A DNA stretch of 64,000 nucleotides. Origin: Azolla caroliniana. Its lineage: Eukaryota > Plantae > Polypodiophyta. Where the stretch lies: NCBI GenBank assembly GCA_043228905.1, contig JBHGNT010000007.1, positions 4,836,001-4,900,000 of the forward strand, in the 5' to 3' direction. Positions within the stretch are counted from its first letter, which is position 1. The number at the start of each line of letters is the position of its first letter. The translations under genes and the position numbers were made by a program. The notes beneath the pieces are model-generated. The model had not been told where the DNA came from. It worked only from the letters and a program-made list of their open reading frames with translations, and ran no database searches. This document shows, piece by piece, positions 1 to 13,825 of the stretch.

Positions 1-922
1 CAGTTGTGACAAAAGTTTCTCAAGGAGGGAGACTACTCATGAGCAACATTGCTTTTAATTCGTCTTTGATTGTCATCCCTTGAGCTGAAATTTGGGAGCT
101 TAGGCTTTCGTACTCGTTGAGGTGTGCCTGGACCGAATCGGATTTTTTCATCCGAAGGTTGTAGAGGCTCCAGATCAGATATATCTTTATTGCGGTGTCG
201 CAAAGATTGTGGTTGTGTGTCGCAACCGCCGAGGTTCTATGACTTGGGGATGATCGGGGTGAAAACGCGTAATCGCAAACGGTGCGATGACAAGAAGCCA
301 ATAAGGCAAGATAAATGCAACGTTGTCGCGAAAAGAATTTTACTTGTAAAACAACCACTTACAATATTTATTTGCCAAAAGTTACTTGGCAAGACTTGAA
401 CTCACAAACTCTATTTGAGAAGAAGTGTTTGAGATACACCACTTCAATCTCTCTAGTTTCGATTTATTTGTCTTTCTCTTTCACTTTATATATACTAAAT
501 TTATATTACAAAATTTGATTACCAAAAGAAGTTATTTGAAGACGATTCCAACTCACGACCTTTTGTTTACAAAGAGACGTTTGAGATACACCACTTTAAC
601 TTCTTCCTTTTCTTGTATCCCTTTTCTTTTCTTTAACTCTTGTCTTGATTTATATTGGCGAGCTCTGCATCCCATACCCACGGGAGCTTCTTCACTCGCT
701 TTTCCTTCTCTTCCTTCTCCTTCTCCTCCTCCCTTCCCTTCCGAAGCTTGTATCTTGGGCTTCTGAACTCCGATTCATGAACCGAAAATTCCTTCATGCT
801 CCTTGTCATAAGCTCCAGATGGGAAATGTACTTCTATAGATTTTTGACATTTTTTTCACATCGTGAAGTGTCAACTTCACGACACCCACCCCCTCTGAAC
901 TTGCACACACCTATGGGCGAGT

Positions 923-3900
923 TCACACCACTTCATTTTGATCCTCTTCGAAAAATTCTTCATCCTCATTTTCTATGAAACTAGGTTCGGTGTCTTCTCT
1001 TCTTTTAAAAATCTTTATTCTTTTTCCCGCAATCGGTGTCTGGATCTCAGTCCCATCCAACTCATTCAGGTAGTAGGTAGCCTTATCAGTCACCTTCCAT
1101 ACTTTGTAAGGCCCAAACCACTGTTTTGCGAACTTCCTCATTGTACTGTACTGGTTCTCGAGGCTACTATCCAGTACCAACACCCAGTCTCCTTCTTGAA
1201 CCTTTCGTGGTCTTAATCTATTTACTTTGTCAAATCTTGCTTTGTTCTTTATCCGAGCTTCCTTCAATTTCTTAGTAGCCTTTTCTACATCTTCTGCTTG
1301 ACATTGTAGTTGTCGGATACGAACTGCTAGCAAGTCTTCTCTACTCATCTCTGACTCCCATGGTGGCATTGCCCATGTAGCAATCTTCACTTCAATCGGC
1401 ATCATCGTCCTTTGTCCTATCATGAGCTCTATCGGCATATATCCTGTCACCGAACTGTGTGTGGTCCTATCCGCCCACAATGCATATGGCAAGACCTTTG
1501 GCCAATTACCTACTTTGCCTTTACATGATTTTGCAAGTGCTTTAACTATCGGGCTATGACCTCTTTCTATCTTTCCATTTGCCTCGGGATTATATGTTGT
1601 GGTCAATGATAACCGAATTCCAATTCTATCAAAGAACTCTCTTGCTTCATCAGAATTGAGCTCACCTCTATCAGCCACTATCTTCCCTATACACCCATAC
1701 CTACATATTATATCCTCTAATATGAATTGACATACTGCCGATGTGGTCTTCAATCTTAGTGCTCTTCCTTCAACTTGATTTGTAAGGTCTTCTCTAGCGA
1801 GTACCAAGAACTTCTTTTGACTTGCCCCCATTGGCATTGCCACTATATCAACCATCCACTTGTAATGTATATTCGGCGAATAGGTTGGGTGCAACTCATC
1901 TTTATGCTTAATGTTGGAGTAGATTTGACAGGTTGGGCATGTCTCGACATACCTCTTGATTTCGTTGTAGAATCCTGGCCACCAATATCTTTCCTTTATT
2001 TTACTAAATGTTGCCCAGACTCCACGGTGTCCAGCCCACTCCCTATCATGTAATTCCTTTAATATCTGCTCCCGCTGCACTTGGTCACAGATAACCCGTT
2101 GTGGATTTCCCATTTTATACTTTGGGTGCTTCCAAAGGTAACCTTGGTGCAAGAAAAATCGGTGTGCCTTTTTTCAGAAATTTGAGAAGTTTCTCCCACT
2201 CCAAGTTCCTTCCTTCCATGGTGCTTGTAGATACTTCCCGATTTCCTTAAACTCTTCATTATACTCTTCTTCTTTAAACTCGTGTTCTTCATGTGGCTCA
2301 CCCCCTCTAATTGCATTTATGACCAAAGCTTATTCTTCTTCGTCGCTATTTGATTCTGCCACTTCTTCTTTTTCATATTTTGCTCTAGATAACATATCAG
2401 CCATTGCATTCTTCTCACTAGATATATGCCGAACATCTGGGTTGATGGTTTTGATGTAGATACACCACCTAAGCATTGCTTGGTCTGGAATATTGCAATT
2501 TGCAATAATCCCCAGAATTGGCAAGCAATCTGTCCCCACAATCACCTCAGCACCAACCAGATAGTCCCTATCCGTCTTGATAGCAATGATTATCCCCCAG
2601 AGCTCTCTCTTCACTTGCGCATACTTTCGTTGACGTCCGCTAAGTACCTTCGCACCAAATCGAATCGGATGTCTTTCTCCTTCCTCATCTTGTTGGCTTA
2701 TTACCCACCCGATTCCAATCGGACTTGAGTCAATTGTGAGGATTATTGGTTGGGTGTAGTCAAGTTGTTTCAATGCAGGAGCTTTAGCCAGATTCTCCTT
2801 CAGTCTTTTAATTGTATTTGAGTGTTCTTCTGTCCACTCAAATGCTTCCCATTTTCTTAATAGCCGATACAATGGATCTGATATGTGGGCATAATGTGGA
2901 ATCCACCTGCAATAGAAGACACATGCACCCAAGAACCTCTGAACTTCAGATACATAGTTGCATTCTTCTTTCATATTCTGTATTGCGTTGATCTTTGTTG
3001 GTGTTGGCTTTCTTCCGTATGGCCCACACATATGTCCTACCACTAGTACTTCTTGAACCCCGAATATTGATTTTGGAGCCGAAAGTGTTAGGTGTACCTC
3101 CTCTAGTCTTGAAAGCACTTTATCACAATCTTCTATGTGATCCTTGACGAACTTCCGACATCCACTACTATCCAATTCTTCATTCTTCATTCTTTCCTCG
3201 CATCCTTTAATGGGTATATCATCCAAGAAAGGCATCGTTATGTGAGGAATAAAATCTCGGAGAACTTTGTGCATACCATTCATCATGTGAGCGACCGAGT
3301 TGGTCGCACCTTGAGGTAGGGTACACATTCAAAGTAATCCAATAGGAGTCCTAATGGAGGTGATATCCCGACTACCGACCGCAAGCTGGAACTGGTCATA
3401 GCCGGAGTAGAGATCACCCATAGAGTAGATCGCTCTTCCAGCGAACATCTCTGCAAACTCATCTACTATCGGCCCTACTCCTGAATTCCGGATAGTAACT
3501 TGATTCATAGGTTGCATGTCTTGAATGAATCGAAGCCGCCCATCCTTCTTTTGCACCGTAAACCATCTACTCGAGTATGGAGCGTTTGATGGTTCCAAGA
3601 TGCCCATGTTCATTTTCTCTTTTAGAAGCTCGATTAATTGTGGTATCCTTGCTCTTGGCACTGGGATTGGCTTCAGATTCCATGGAATGTGTGGGATCGT
3701 GAAGATGACCATTGGTTCAACTACTTTCGGATTCACACATCCAATTTCTTCAGGGTTGAAGGAGAATGCTTTCCCATGCTGCCCTAGTATTTTTCTGAAT
3801 TCTGCTTCTTCTATAGGTGTTAGGAAGTCCTCCCCTCCAATTCTTAGTTCTTTAATTGTTTCTTCTGTGAACTTGTGCCCAATTCTCTTTGGATCCCGAA

Positions 3901-4249
3901 GAATTGGCTCGGTCGACACCTCCTTCATTATCTTTTCACTGTCTTCTGGAAGTGGTGTTGCTGCTGACCGGACCTTCTTCTCCACCGTTTTGTACTTGGT
4001 GTTTATTTGAGCTTCTTCATTTTGAACATACTCCTTGATGGTTTTGAATAGCTCGATGGAATTTACCACAACTTCAACTTCATCATCTTCCATCATTAGA
4101 GACTCCAACTCTCCTACTGTATCTTTAAAACAATATTCTTCAAATATATTCACTAATTTTTCTTCTGAATCTATCATACCTCCACCTTGTAATTCTTTTT
4201 CTATTTTTCGGAATTTCTTTCCTTTGAAATCTTCTATTATAGTTGCGCC
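923..4249 (-). pseudogene. G1 pol (RT-RNaseH-integrase), broken by stops and frameshifts
   Basis: ORFs 3329..4177 (DLYSGYDQ), 2330..3328 (LPQGATNS, PFLDDIP, RNaseH TIDSS) and 923..2152 (HHCC zinc finger, integrase core, WFGPY). Confidence 0.9.
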
Positions 4250-4688
4250 TGTTGGGAGACAGGTCCCTCCGGATGGGAAGGGAGAAGAACAGTGTTGATG
4301 AGCAAACTCGGCCGAGGCCGAAACCGGATGAGGAGTACCCGGCTTCGGAGAGCCGGATGGTGCAGACCCGGTGAGAACCGGATGAGGAGTACCCGGCTTC
4401 GGAGAGCCGGATGGTGCAGACCCGGTGAGAACCGGATGAGGAGTACCCGGCTACGGAGAGCCGGATGGTGCAGACCCGGTGAGGACCGGATGAGGAGTAC
4501 CCGGCTACGGAGAGCCAGATGGTGCAGACCTGGTGAGGAGTGCTCACTGGATGAAGAGACATATTCGTAAATATGCATCTGAGAGCCCATCGTGGCTATA
4601 TTTGTAAATAGCCGAAAAGTCATATTAGTATAAATATGACTTAGGGCAAATTTTTTAAGTGTGAGTCGTTGTCATTCTTGTTGGTGCA

Positions 4689-4753
<65 letters not shown>

Positions 4754-5024
4754 CGTTGCCTCTGTTGTAACCGCCACCTGTGGCGAAGATCGTGAGCACG
4801 AGGTTGTTGCCTCCGTGAACTCACTGTTGTACATTCTAACATAGTGATAGTTTGCAACCTGTGGGCTGCCGTGGTTTTTCCCTTAGTTTGGGTTTTCCAC
4901 ATAAACATCCTGTGTACTCTTCTCTTCTTCGTGTCGTGCATTCTTTCACCGTTTTTCTGTGTATGATTCTAAGCTCGGTTGTGGTCGAGCATTGCGCATA
5001 GGGGACGTAGAGTTCTTGTCAACA
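4250..5024 (+). mobile_element. Copia-type solo LTR inserted in the G1 gag-pol junction
   Basis: TG...CA termini (tgttgggagac...gtcaaca), ~57-bp tandem repeats at ~4325-4550, TATA (tataaat) and a (GA)n run. It shares motifs with the LTRs at 52319 and 21197. Only a 2-bp flanking duplication (cc) is visible. Confidence 0.85.
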
Positions 5025-5127
5025 CCATCTACCGACGCAACATATAATTTAGCGTTATCTTCAATGCTATGAATGGGGCTTCTTACCTCCCTCGGGCCAT
5101 CACAACCCCTTTTTGTAAGGGCCCGCT

Positions 5128-7460
5128 CTAGAAATCCTATACGAAATCCCCCACATCTCGTAGTGGATGATCTCGTAGATTCTCCTTATTCCTCTCATGA
5201 TTTGGTCGAACAGTAAGGTACTATACCGACCTCTTCCCATCCTGGCTTCGAATCCTAGCAAACACTGCTCCATTATCAATCACTTTGGTCTCCATCCGCA
5301 CTGTTGTGATGTATGGTTGCCCTAGGATTACTGGATAAAAGGACTTCTCCTGGACGAAGAAGTTTTGATCTACTGACACGTCCCCAATTGTAACTTTAAT
5401 ATTTGGGCATGCGCCACATAAATCCTCCACGGCCTCAGTCGTTGCTCTCACCTTCCAACCGTGGTTCCTTTCTATTGGCCATCTCCCGCGATTATAAAAA
5501 TAAGACGATATGATATTTATCTCGGAGCCATGGTCGATGAGTGCCACACATGGTTCCATCTTATCTCCAATTCTGACTGGAGCCTCGGTTGTCGCCTGAG
5601 CCCAATGTGTGCGGGTGTAATGGCTTCGTTCCTCTTCATGACTACATTGTGTGTCAGCACTCCGTACCCTGGCTAACAATGCAGTCTCCATATCTTCATC
5701 TTCCTCCCGTATCATGACGGTATTTACTCCACCCGTTTCTTCAACCACTTGTCTTTTCCTCTGAATCACATCAATGATCACTTCATGAAATTCCTTCTTC
5801 GCAATCCCTAGTACTTCTCGGAGTGTTAACTCAACTTTACTATCGAGAATCCTTGATTCTAGCACATGCTTTAGGTCGGTGGATGTTTCGATGTCGGAGG
5901 CGAGTTTGAATGACGGGGCTATCTTTTGCTTACCTTTGTCTTCTTTCATCGCCTCCGCAGCAACTCATTTAGTTTCTCGTCTCTTTTGTTCTTGGGTCTC
6001 GGGTTTTCTAGAAGGTCTCGCTTCTTCAGTTCTCCTTTGTTTTTCTTCGACTGTCACCTCGTGGGCATTCACCCCTGCTATCTTGGCGATCGCAATGAGT
6101 GAATCTACTAGGTCATTCCACCTAGTACTACTCCTTATCTCGTCACCAGCCTTTCGTAAGTCCTGTGGCTGGACTCTTTTGTCAGTAGCAAACTTTATCA
6201 CTTTTCCCCAGAATCCTAATTCAATCTGGGGATCATTGACCTTCAATCCGGAAGTAGTCGAAAAGTACATTGCCTGAACATTCTTCGACTCTTCGTCCTC
6301 CATCACTTTCTTCATTCCACCTTTGCCGAAGTTGGTTTTTAGGGGTTGTCGGGTCTCCGAGGAGTGTATTCTCCCATTTTGATAGAAGATAATGTTTATT
6401 TCTAACACTTCCTTATGGCTCTGACAATCCCTTTTTGGTGCTCCGTGCTATTGCACCATATGCATCGGCGGATGAACTCACCCTTTTCTCCTTCATTGGG
6501 CTTTTGTCGAACACCTGAGCTTTCCCCCTTCTCAAGCTTTGTGAACTTGAGTTGTAGATCCCGCATTCCCTTTATCAGATCATCAATCGTGGACTCTGGC
6601 TCCTTTCCTTTGCCAACATCCGTTCGGGTTCCTAATTCTTGTTTTGGATGTTCTCTGGTTGTTTTCTTTATTCTATTGTTGTAGCCATCCTCCATCCTTA
6701 GTGCCCTCCTTCTTAGTACTCGACAAGCCTCGAGTACTTCCGCCCAATCGGACACCAAACCGGTTGTGCTTGTCCGGTCTTCAAGAAGGATGGTCATATC
6801 GTTTCTAAAAGATTTATCTGTCGCTCGGACGAATAAATCCACCTTCTTTGATTGTAGTAGTTCTCAGTCTCTTACCGATAGCTCATTATATCTTTTCTCA
6901 AACTCTCTCAGCAATTCTGAAACTGAGAGTCCTTTACCCCCTTTCTCGGTCCATTCGAGAAAGCTCTTCTTTGACATTCAGGTCCAGTCGTCTAGCATGT
7001 ATTCATCAAGCAATGCTTGACGGAACCCGGCCCAATCTTCACGAAATCTCTCCGATAATTCCGTTACCCTTGCTCGGACATCAAGTGTGCATACCCGATT
7101 GATGCGCGAGACCATTTGTTCTCCGGTTGCCCCTCTACTGGCCATCTCGTATTCGTAGACCTCAAGGAACCGAGTGACGTCCTCGCCATTAAATTTGCTT
7201 ATCCTCTCGATGATCGTTTGTACGGCGAGCGTTAACTCACTTTCCATCTGGTTCATTGCACTTTGCTCTTGAAGCATCTTATTCATCATCGTCATCATGA
7301 AACTTGCCATCTCTTCATAGAAGCCCTTATTTGCCATCTCTATGTTGGCACCTTTATCCGCCATTTTCTTTGATTTTCCGACCTTCTCTTTGTAAAACTT
7401 TAACTCCGAAACTCCCCTTCTCAACGACACTTCTCCTCCTCCCTTCCCTTTAGCCACCAT
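5128..7460 (-). pseudogene. G1 gag-protease, fragmented
   Basis: ORFs 6978..7460, 6402..6842 (CIWC...H knuckle), 5965..6408 and 5221..5949 (protease ALIDHGSEIN) are collinear with the intact gag at 46801..48861. Confidence 0.88.
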
Positions 7461-8079
7461 AGGCGTGGCTTATATAGGGTGGTCAACCGCCCTACCACCC
7501 TCTTCAAGCGGTTGACAAACCGCCTCATGCAAGGCGGTTGTATTTTTATTTTTATTTTTATTTTCTTTTATTTTCTTTTCTTTATTTATTGATGCTACAA
7601 TTCAATTTTATAGTTCTATATTTAAGAAATTATAGAAATAGCCCTTATTTAATTTTGACTCCCCCTTTTGACATAATTACATTTTTGTCCCAAGTAACAT
7701 TAATCCTTCCGAAGCTTGTATCTTGGGCTTCTGAACTCCGATTCATGAACCAAAAATTCCTTCATGCTCCTTGTCATAAGCTCCAGATGGGAAATGTACT
7801 TCTATAGATTTTTGACATTGTTTTCACATCGTGAAGTGTCAACTTCACGACAGCGGTGACCTTCTTTTCATAAGTGTCTGAGAGTGTCTTCCATAGTTAG
7901 AAGGCAGTCGAACATGATTACACTGTGAAGTACACTGACTCCAACAAGTGCCTCCAAATGGTGGCCCGAACAATTTGATCTAACTTAGTCTAGTCATTCG
8001 ACTTATATCCTATTGAGCATTTTCAGTCTCGATTGGGTCGATCTGACCCTTGACTATCAAGTAGTCCTGCATCTACTCA

Positions 8080-10383
8080 TGTCACAGACATACCAACCGT
8101 GGATTAGGATGGAGCACAGATGATGGGGCTATGAGCGACAGGCTATGAACTTAGAGCTAGAAGTGATGAGGCTAGAAACTTGGGAACAACAAAAGAGAAT
8201 GAAGACAGAGATAAAGATCAAGGAGACAAGATGGGGCGAAACGAGAATACTTGATTGATGTGTTAATGGATGGTGTTGAATCCCTTGAAAGGGACCAAGG
8301 AGGTTACAAGTATTTATACTGTGAGCTGAAGTACATGTATTAGAATATTCTAGAGAATATTTTGGAGAACATTCTAGAACCCTCTAGAACCTTGTAGTTC
8401 TAGAACTTTCTAAAAACTCCTAGAACTTGAATTGATAATCTACGAAGAGATACATAACATGACCATGTATTTGGATGTGTTGGTTACAACATAACACTTG
8501 ACTATTGTTAATAATCAGGTAATTAACTACAGGTTAATTAATACCTAATTATGTGATTAAGTTAAGCGGAAGATTAAGTGATATGTGTGTGTATGAGAGG
8601 AAGAGAGAGCGGAAGTGATATGTGTGTGTATGAGAGGAACATAACAACGAGACAAGATGGGGATGATTAACTACATTAAAAAACATCATCAAATACAAAA
8701 ATACCCACAATGAGGTATATATACATCTCATGTGCAAAGGTGCACATGTGTGAGTAGGATATAGATACAAAGGTGTAAGTCCTATATTAAATGATCATGG
8801 GAGTGGAGGATCTACAATGTATCCCACTCTAAGTACAAAATCCTATTTAAGGCTTTAATGTTAACACACTAACTAGATTCTATCTAGGTAACTACTAAGT
8901 TATGTGTGTTGACTAACTAACTAAATCTAGTTGAGCTTGTGTTGGTTACAACATGACACTTGACTATAATACAAGAGGTCAAGAGTTCGGATCTTGACAT
9001 AATTGTTCTCATGTCTATGACATTATCCTCCCCTTTACGGCCACCTTTTTGAAAGCGTCATGGTGCAAGGGAGAACTGAAGTACAAAATCAAAGTTGATT
9101 GATGACTGAGCGAGTCCTCACCAAAAATAACAACACGAACGAATGCGAGCAACCATGTGAGGTCCTCATTGGAGATTGGAACATCAATGCTCCCATTTCT
9201 TACCATCTTTTTGAAAGCGTGATGTAGGGGTGAGGGGGAAGTGAAGCACTGACGGGCGTGAGAAACCATGTGGTGTCCTCACCGGAGACACAAACACCAA
9301 CGGTCATGAGCGGTCATGTGTGGTTCTCACCAGAGACCAAAACACCGACAGGCGTGAGCGACAATGTACGGTCCTCACCGGGAACGGAACAACAATGAAC
9401 GAAGGAGTGAAGGTGAAGGGACTGACTCGACTTCTTCTATCATGAGAGGGTAAATAGTCGAGGTTGACCCAGAACACGACATAGATGGTAGCGCTAGGGA
9501 GAAACCGACGCGATCCTCACCAAGAAAGTGGGTGGTTGTGACCCCAAACGGAACTAGAAGGTGCGCGATCGAAATCGATCCTCATCAAAAGAAATTGGAG
9601 CGAAACTTGAACCGAAATGAAAATGGAGTGCAAGCGAGCAATGATTTGGTCCCCACTAGGAAAGTGAGCGATTGTAACCCCCACCGGAACTATGAAGGTG
9701 GGCAATCGAAATCGATCCTCGCCAAAATCGTGATGCAAAATGATACCTATAGATTATGACAATACTAATGAAGAGGGTGGAACAATGACAATAATGAAAG
9801 ACAACGCAAAGTAGTGTTGATGACGATGAAGGTTGGGTGATGTAGCGTTGATGAAGACAACAAGAGGTGCTGAAAAATAACGATGCCAAAGACGAGGCAG
9901 TGAAGACAATGATGATGAGGAAGCGTCTCTAGAAGGAACGACTATGAATATGGTGATGATGGCATCTCTAAAACCAAGGATGTTGATGACGGTAACTCTA
10001 GATGCAAGGATGGTGACGACGGTAACTTTGGAAGCAAGGACGATGACAAAGACAAGTGATGCTTCTATTTGGAAGGGATTCATCTGTCACAAACACACCA
10101 ACTGCGGATTGGGACGGAGCATGGATGATGGAGGGTAAATAGTCTATCGTTGAAGTACATGCATTAGAATATTCTAGAGAATATTTTTGAGAATATTCTA
10201 GAACCCTCTAGAACCTTGTAGTTCTAGAACTTTCTAAAAACTCCTAGAACTTGAATTGATAATCTACGAAGATATACATACATGACCATGTATTTGGATG
10301 TGTTGGTTACAACATAATACTTGACTATAATACAAGACGTCAAGCCTTTGAATCTTGACATAATTGTTGTCATGTCTGTGGCA
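8080..10383 (-). mobile_element. Non-coding (non-autonomous or decayed) LTR element inside the copia gag
   Basis: Related direct repeats lie at 8080-9022 (tgtcacaga...atgaca) and 10085-10383 (tgtcacaaa...gtggca). A PPT-like ttatcctcccct is at 9023-9034. The flanks are a degenerate duplication (actca/gctcc). The host gag rejoins across it. Confidence 0.7.
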
Positions 10384-12115
10384 GCTCCTTCCAGAAGTTG
10401 AAGTTCGACCCGTTGAACTTTCTTAGAGTCATCTTTGATGAGCTAGATGTTTATGCCATTCTGTGTTGGTTTTGGGAGGCTCTGTTCGGGATTGCCTACG
10501 AACAGTGGTTGGGTGCAGCCAATTCGCTCACCCGAATTCGTTCTAGCCGAGTTTGAACACAAACTAAATCGGCTTCGACTATCGGTGGGTTTGGTCTAGA
10601 GTGACTATAGTTGATCAACCCCATCAAATTGGACCCGAGTTAGCTTAGTCGATTGGATTTGGAGTGGTAGTTGGGTACTAAACTTGCTTAGACTTGCTAC
10701 AATGAGTGGAGGGACAGAGCCGATAAGTCTTCCCGAATATCACCTAGTCGAATTGAGCACACTTAACTACCAATCCTATTCCGATTACTGATATTAATGG
10801 TGCCGATCACAAATTGTGTGCCATTTTCCAGGTCAATCCTACTTCGAGTGACTATGACGATTAGAGGGATAAATCCAATTGGACTTCCCTTATTTTGTCT
10901 AGCCAAATGAAGTACATAAGGGGGTTGTTCTTAGAACCAAATCTGCTTCGACTGGTTACGTCGAGCGAGTGGGCAGCGCCAAAAGGCTTGACGGATTGCT
11001 GTCTAACTCGATGAAACACGATTTACAGTCAGATCGATGAAAAAGACCTCACTTCAAGCGGCTACAATCACGAGGACGAAGTACAACCAACTGGCCTACT
11101 TCAGGTGTGATTAAACTCAGCGAAGTGCTGGTTTTCCAGGTGTTTCTCCTCCAGAGAGAGCGATCTTGTGGAAGTTGCCATCTTAGTAAGAGATTTCAAT
11201 TCGATTGAGATCTCTGAATCTATTTCAGCAAACAAATCAACGAAAAGTTCTTCAAAGACTTCCAGAGGAGTGCTGATGGGGATAGGATGATGACCAACAA
11301 CAGAATCAAAACACCAAGCTTTGATACCAGATGTTGGAACAAGCCCTCAGGATGCGGAACAAACTCAACACTCTTTGGGATGAAGAACTTCAGAGAATAC
11401 AAGGAAACAAATTGATAACACAAGACAATTGAATCATAAGACAAGATCAACAAGAGAGATAGAGAAAAAAAGTACACCAAGGTAGGCACAAGAGTATGTA
11501 ACTCTATTGTTCTCTCAATGAGTTACAATGGCAACAACAAAATGAACAACCTCAAAACTAGGTTACAAGAGTCAGTTTAAATACCAATTGACTTAGGCCA
11601 ACTGCCCTTTCCACTATTTACATAAATAGCCTAAAACCTAGTATGTCCAATAGGAAAGTGTGAATACGACCATTATACACCCCTATTCGACACGACAGAC
11701 CGAGCTTGAGGGGGAGTAGTGAGCTATAGTCCGGGGCAGAACGAATGTCGAATGGAGAACGAACACACGAGTAAGCCGCGACCCGGATACCAATCACCAA
11801 GCCGACTATCCAACGATTGGAAGTTGTGTTTGAAGGGGTGTGTTGAGAATCAAACTCAACTTCCCAGTGTGGGAACACATCTTAAGAATAGCCAAGTGCA
11901 TGAACATCCCACCACTTTGTATCATAAATAATGTGTCATAAAAGTTAATTCCTATGACATAATTACTAGGCAGTTAAACTCCTTCCCAGTAGGTGGTTGT
12001 AATGAGAGAACATAGAGAGAAGGTGACTAGATAAGCACCTTCTCCTCTTCTTTGTAAGTTGTTAGTTGTTTATTCTTTTGTTAATACAGTTTCATTATTT
12101 TTCTATATACATTGT

Positions 12116-12116
<1 letters not shown>

Positions 12117-12202
<86 letters not shown>

Positions 12203-12214
12203 CACACACACACA
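12117..12214. repeat. (CT)n(CA)n microsatellite
   Basis: Seen directly in the sequence. Confidence 0.95.
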
Positions 12215-13446
12215 CCCCTCTTCCACAGCACAGAATCACACCCGATTCTTTACATGTTCGATGGCTCAAAAAGCTCATTGGCAAGAATGGGTGACATAGG
12301 TGGTGTATCTTAATATGCTCCATGCATATTATGAAAGCTCTGGTCCAACAAGGAAATGAGGTCTACATCATGTTTGTGGAAGTAGAAGCAAAAATGAGGG
12401 AGGATATTGAACAAGCATACCACAACTTGTTAATGGATGTGACAAGTGTGGTCAGCCATCTTGTGTCTAGATGGCAACAAGAAATCATGATTCACATCAA
12501 TTGATGCTCCTACTCCACCAAAATCATCAAATCAACTTTTGTCATTCTCGTTTCACATAAAGAAGCCAAAGTGATCATGTCATCTTCTTGGAACAAACAA
12601 TAAGAGTGTGAATGGTCTTGGGAAATATAACTATTGTAGTCCCTAGGTATCATAACAATTTGTGCATGTTAGTTTGTTGGGCAAATTATAGAGAGTAGGA
12701 TAGCCATGAACATTGTAATTTAGTATACATTGCCAAAGCATGTGACTATTACAGAAAATATTAGTCAATAAGCAATGCCATATTACAAGGACATATATGC
12801 CACATTATAATTAATCCTTATATTAAATTACGTTTGTCATTGTTAGTCTCATTCATGAATCACTTAGAATTAAGTGCGATGGAAGTACATACAAGGTGGT
12901 AAAGGTATGACACCCTTCTCCCTCATGAGTCATCCCCATCTCTATGTAAGAAACAATCTAATGGTTTTCAAGACAAAATATATATTTTATGTTTGTGGTT
13001 AGTTTATTATTTTTAGGACCTATCCATCTACGTTTAAGTATCTAATAATTGCCATCTCATCGAGTGACCAACGCATTGTATGAGTGATTGTGCCATAGCT
13101 CATTGGGGCCTCTCGTGGATCTAGGAGCACATGAGTTTAAGATAAACACTCATATACCACCTCTTTCTCTCCCTAGGAAGTAGTTTCCATGACATGTCCC
13201 TCTTGTTTGTAAGCTAAAAGCGCCCCAATTACAAAAAATCTCCCTTACAAGCATATGAGTAACACGTTCACTCAGATAGTGTCCCCTGCAACAATGGGTT
13301 TGAACCATGCAGTGATTGATCTCTATCAAGCACTCATTCCAGATAATGTCTCTCAGACACCGAGTGGGACCTAACCCACTCGAATTAACTCGAAGAAACC
13401 AAACTCTACATATGTTTGGGGAATAGCTTCAAGCTCAAGTATGGAC

Positions 13447-13622
13447 ATATGTATGTATGTATGAGTGTATGTATGTATGTATGTATGCATGTATGTATGA
13501 GTGTATGTATGTATGTATGTATGCATGTATGTATGAGTGTATGTATGTATGTATGTATGTATGTATGTATGTATGTATGTATGCATGTATGTATACATGT
13601 ATGTATGAGTGTATGTATGTAC
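13447..13622. repeat. (TATG)n microsatellite upstream of PEX3
   Basis: Seen directly in the sequence. Confidence 0.95.
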
Positions 13623-13825
13623 ATGGTTTCTTATTTGAAACGAGAAGTATTTCCTACGTTTTACTATTATGCTCCTCTGATACGCACATCACTTCCTCTT
13701 CGCAATCGCCATCGCCATCGCCATAGCTTCGTTCGATCCGTCGTCCCTCCCTTCTCTCTCTTTCTCTGCATTCTTCTCGGTGAATTCAACCATGTGTCGC
13801 TGACACAGGACGTCTTCCTGGAACG

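Larger units (their letters stand above)
196..7852 (-). mobile_element. Degenerate Ty3/gypsy LTR retrotransposon (element G1; same clade as 42367-49747)
   Basis: Termini are tgtcgca...cacgaca with a 4-bp TSD GCGG (192-195 and 7853-7856). The host copia gag rejoins across it. PPT is at 885-896. The ~150-bp block 737-884 recurs at 7704-7852. Gag-PR-RT-RH-INT fragments lie inside. Confidence 0.85.
1..11814 (-). mobile_element. Old Ty1/copia LTR retrotransposon (5' LTR, PBS, leader, decayed gag), running off the left edge and split by two nested insertions
   Basis: The gag reads through both insertions: start near 10459 (MA*TSSSSKMTLRKFNGSNFNFWKE), then 8079-7853 (MQDYLIVKGQIDPIE...LWKTLSDTYEKKVTA), then 195-20 (IKIYLIWSLYNLRMK...LLMSSLPP). 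A tRNA-iMet PBS reads gctttgatacca on + at 11318-11329. The LTR starts tgttggaac at 11332; its far end (~11814) is approximate. Confidence 0.8.

Noticed and set aside
4245-5029. 5-bp TSD for the solo LTR at 4250-5024
   Set aside because: The flanks gcgcc and ccatc do not match. Only a 2-bp overlap is visible, so no TSD is claimed.
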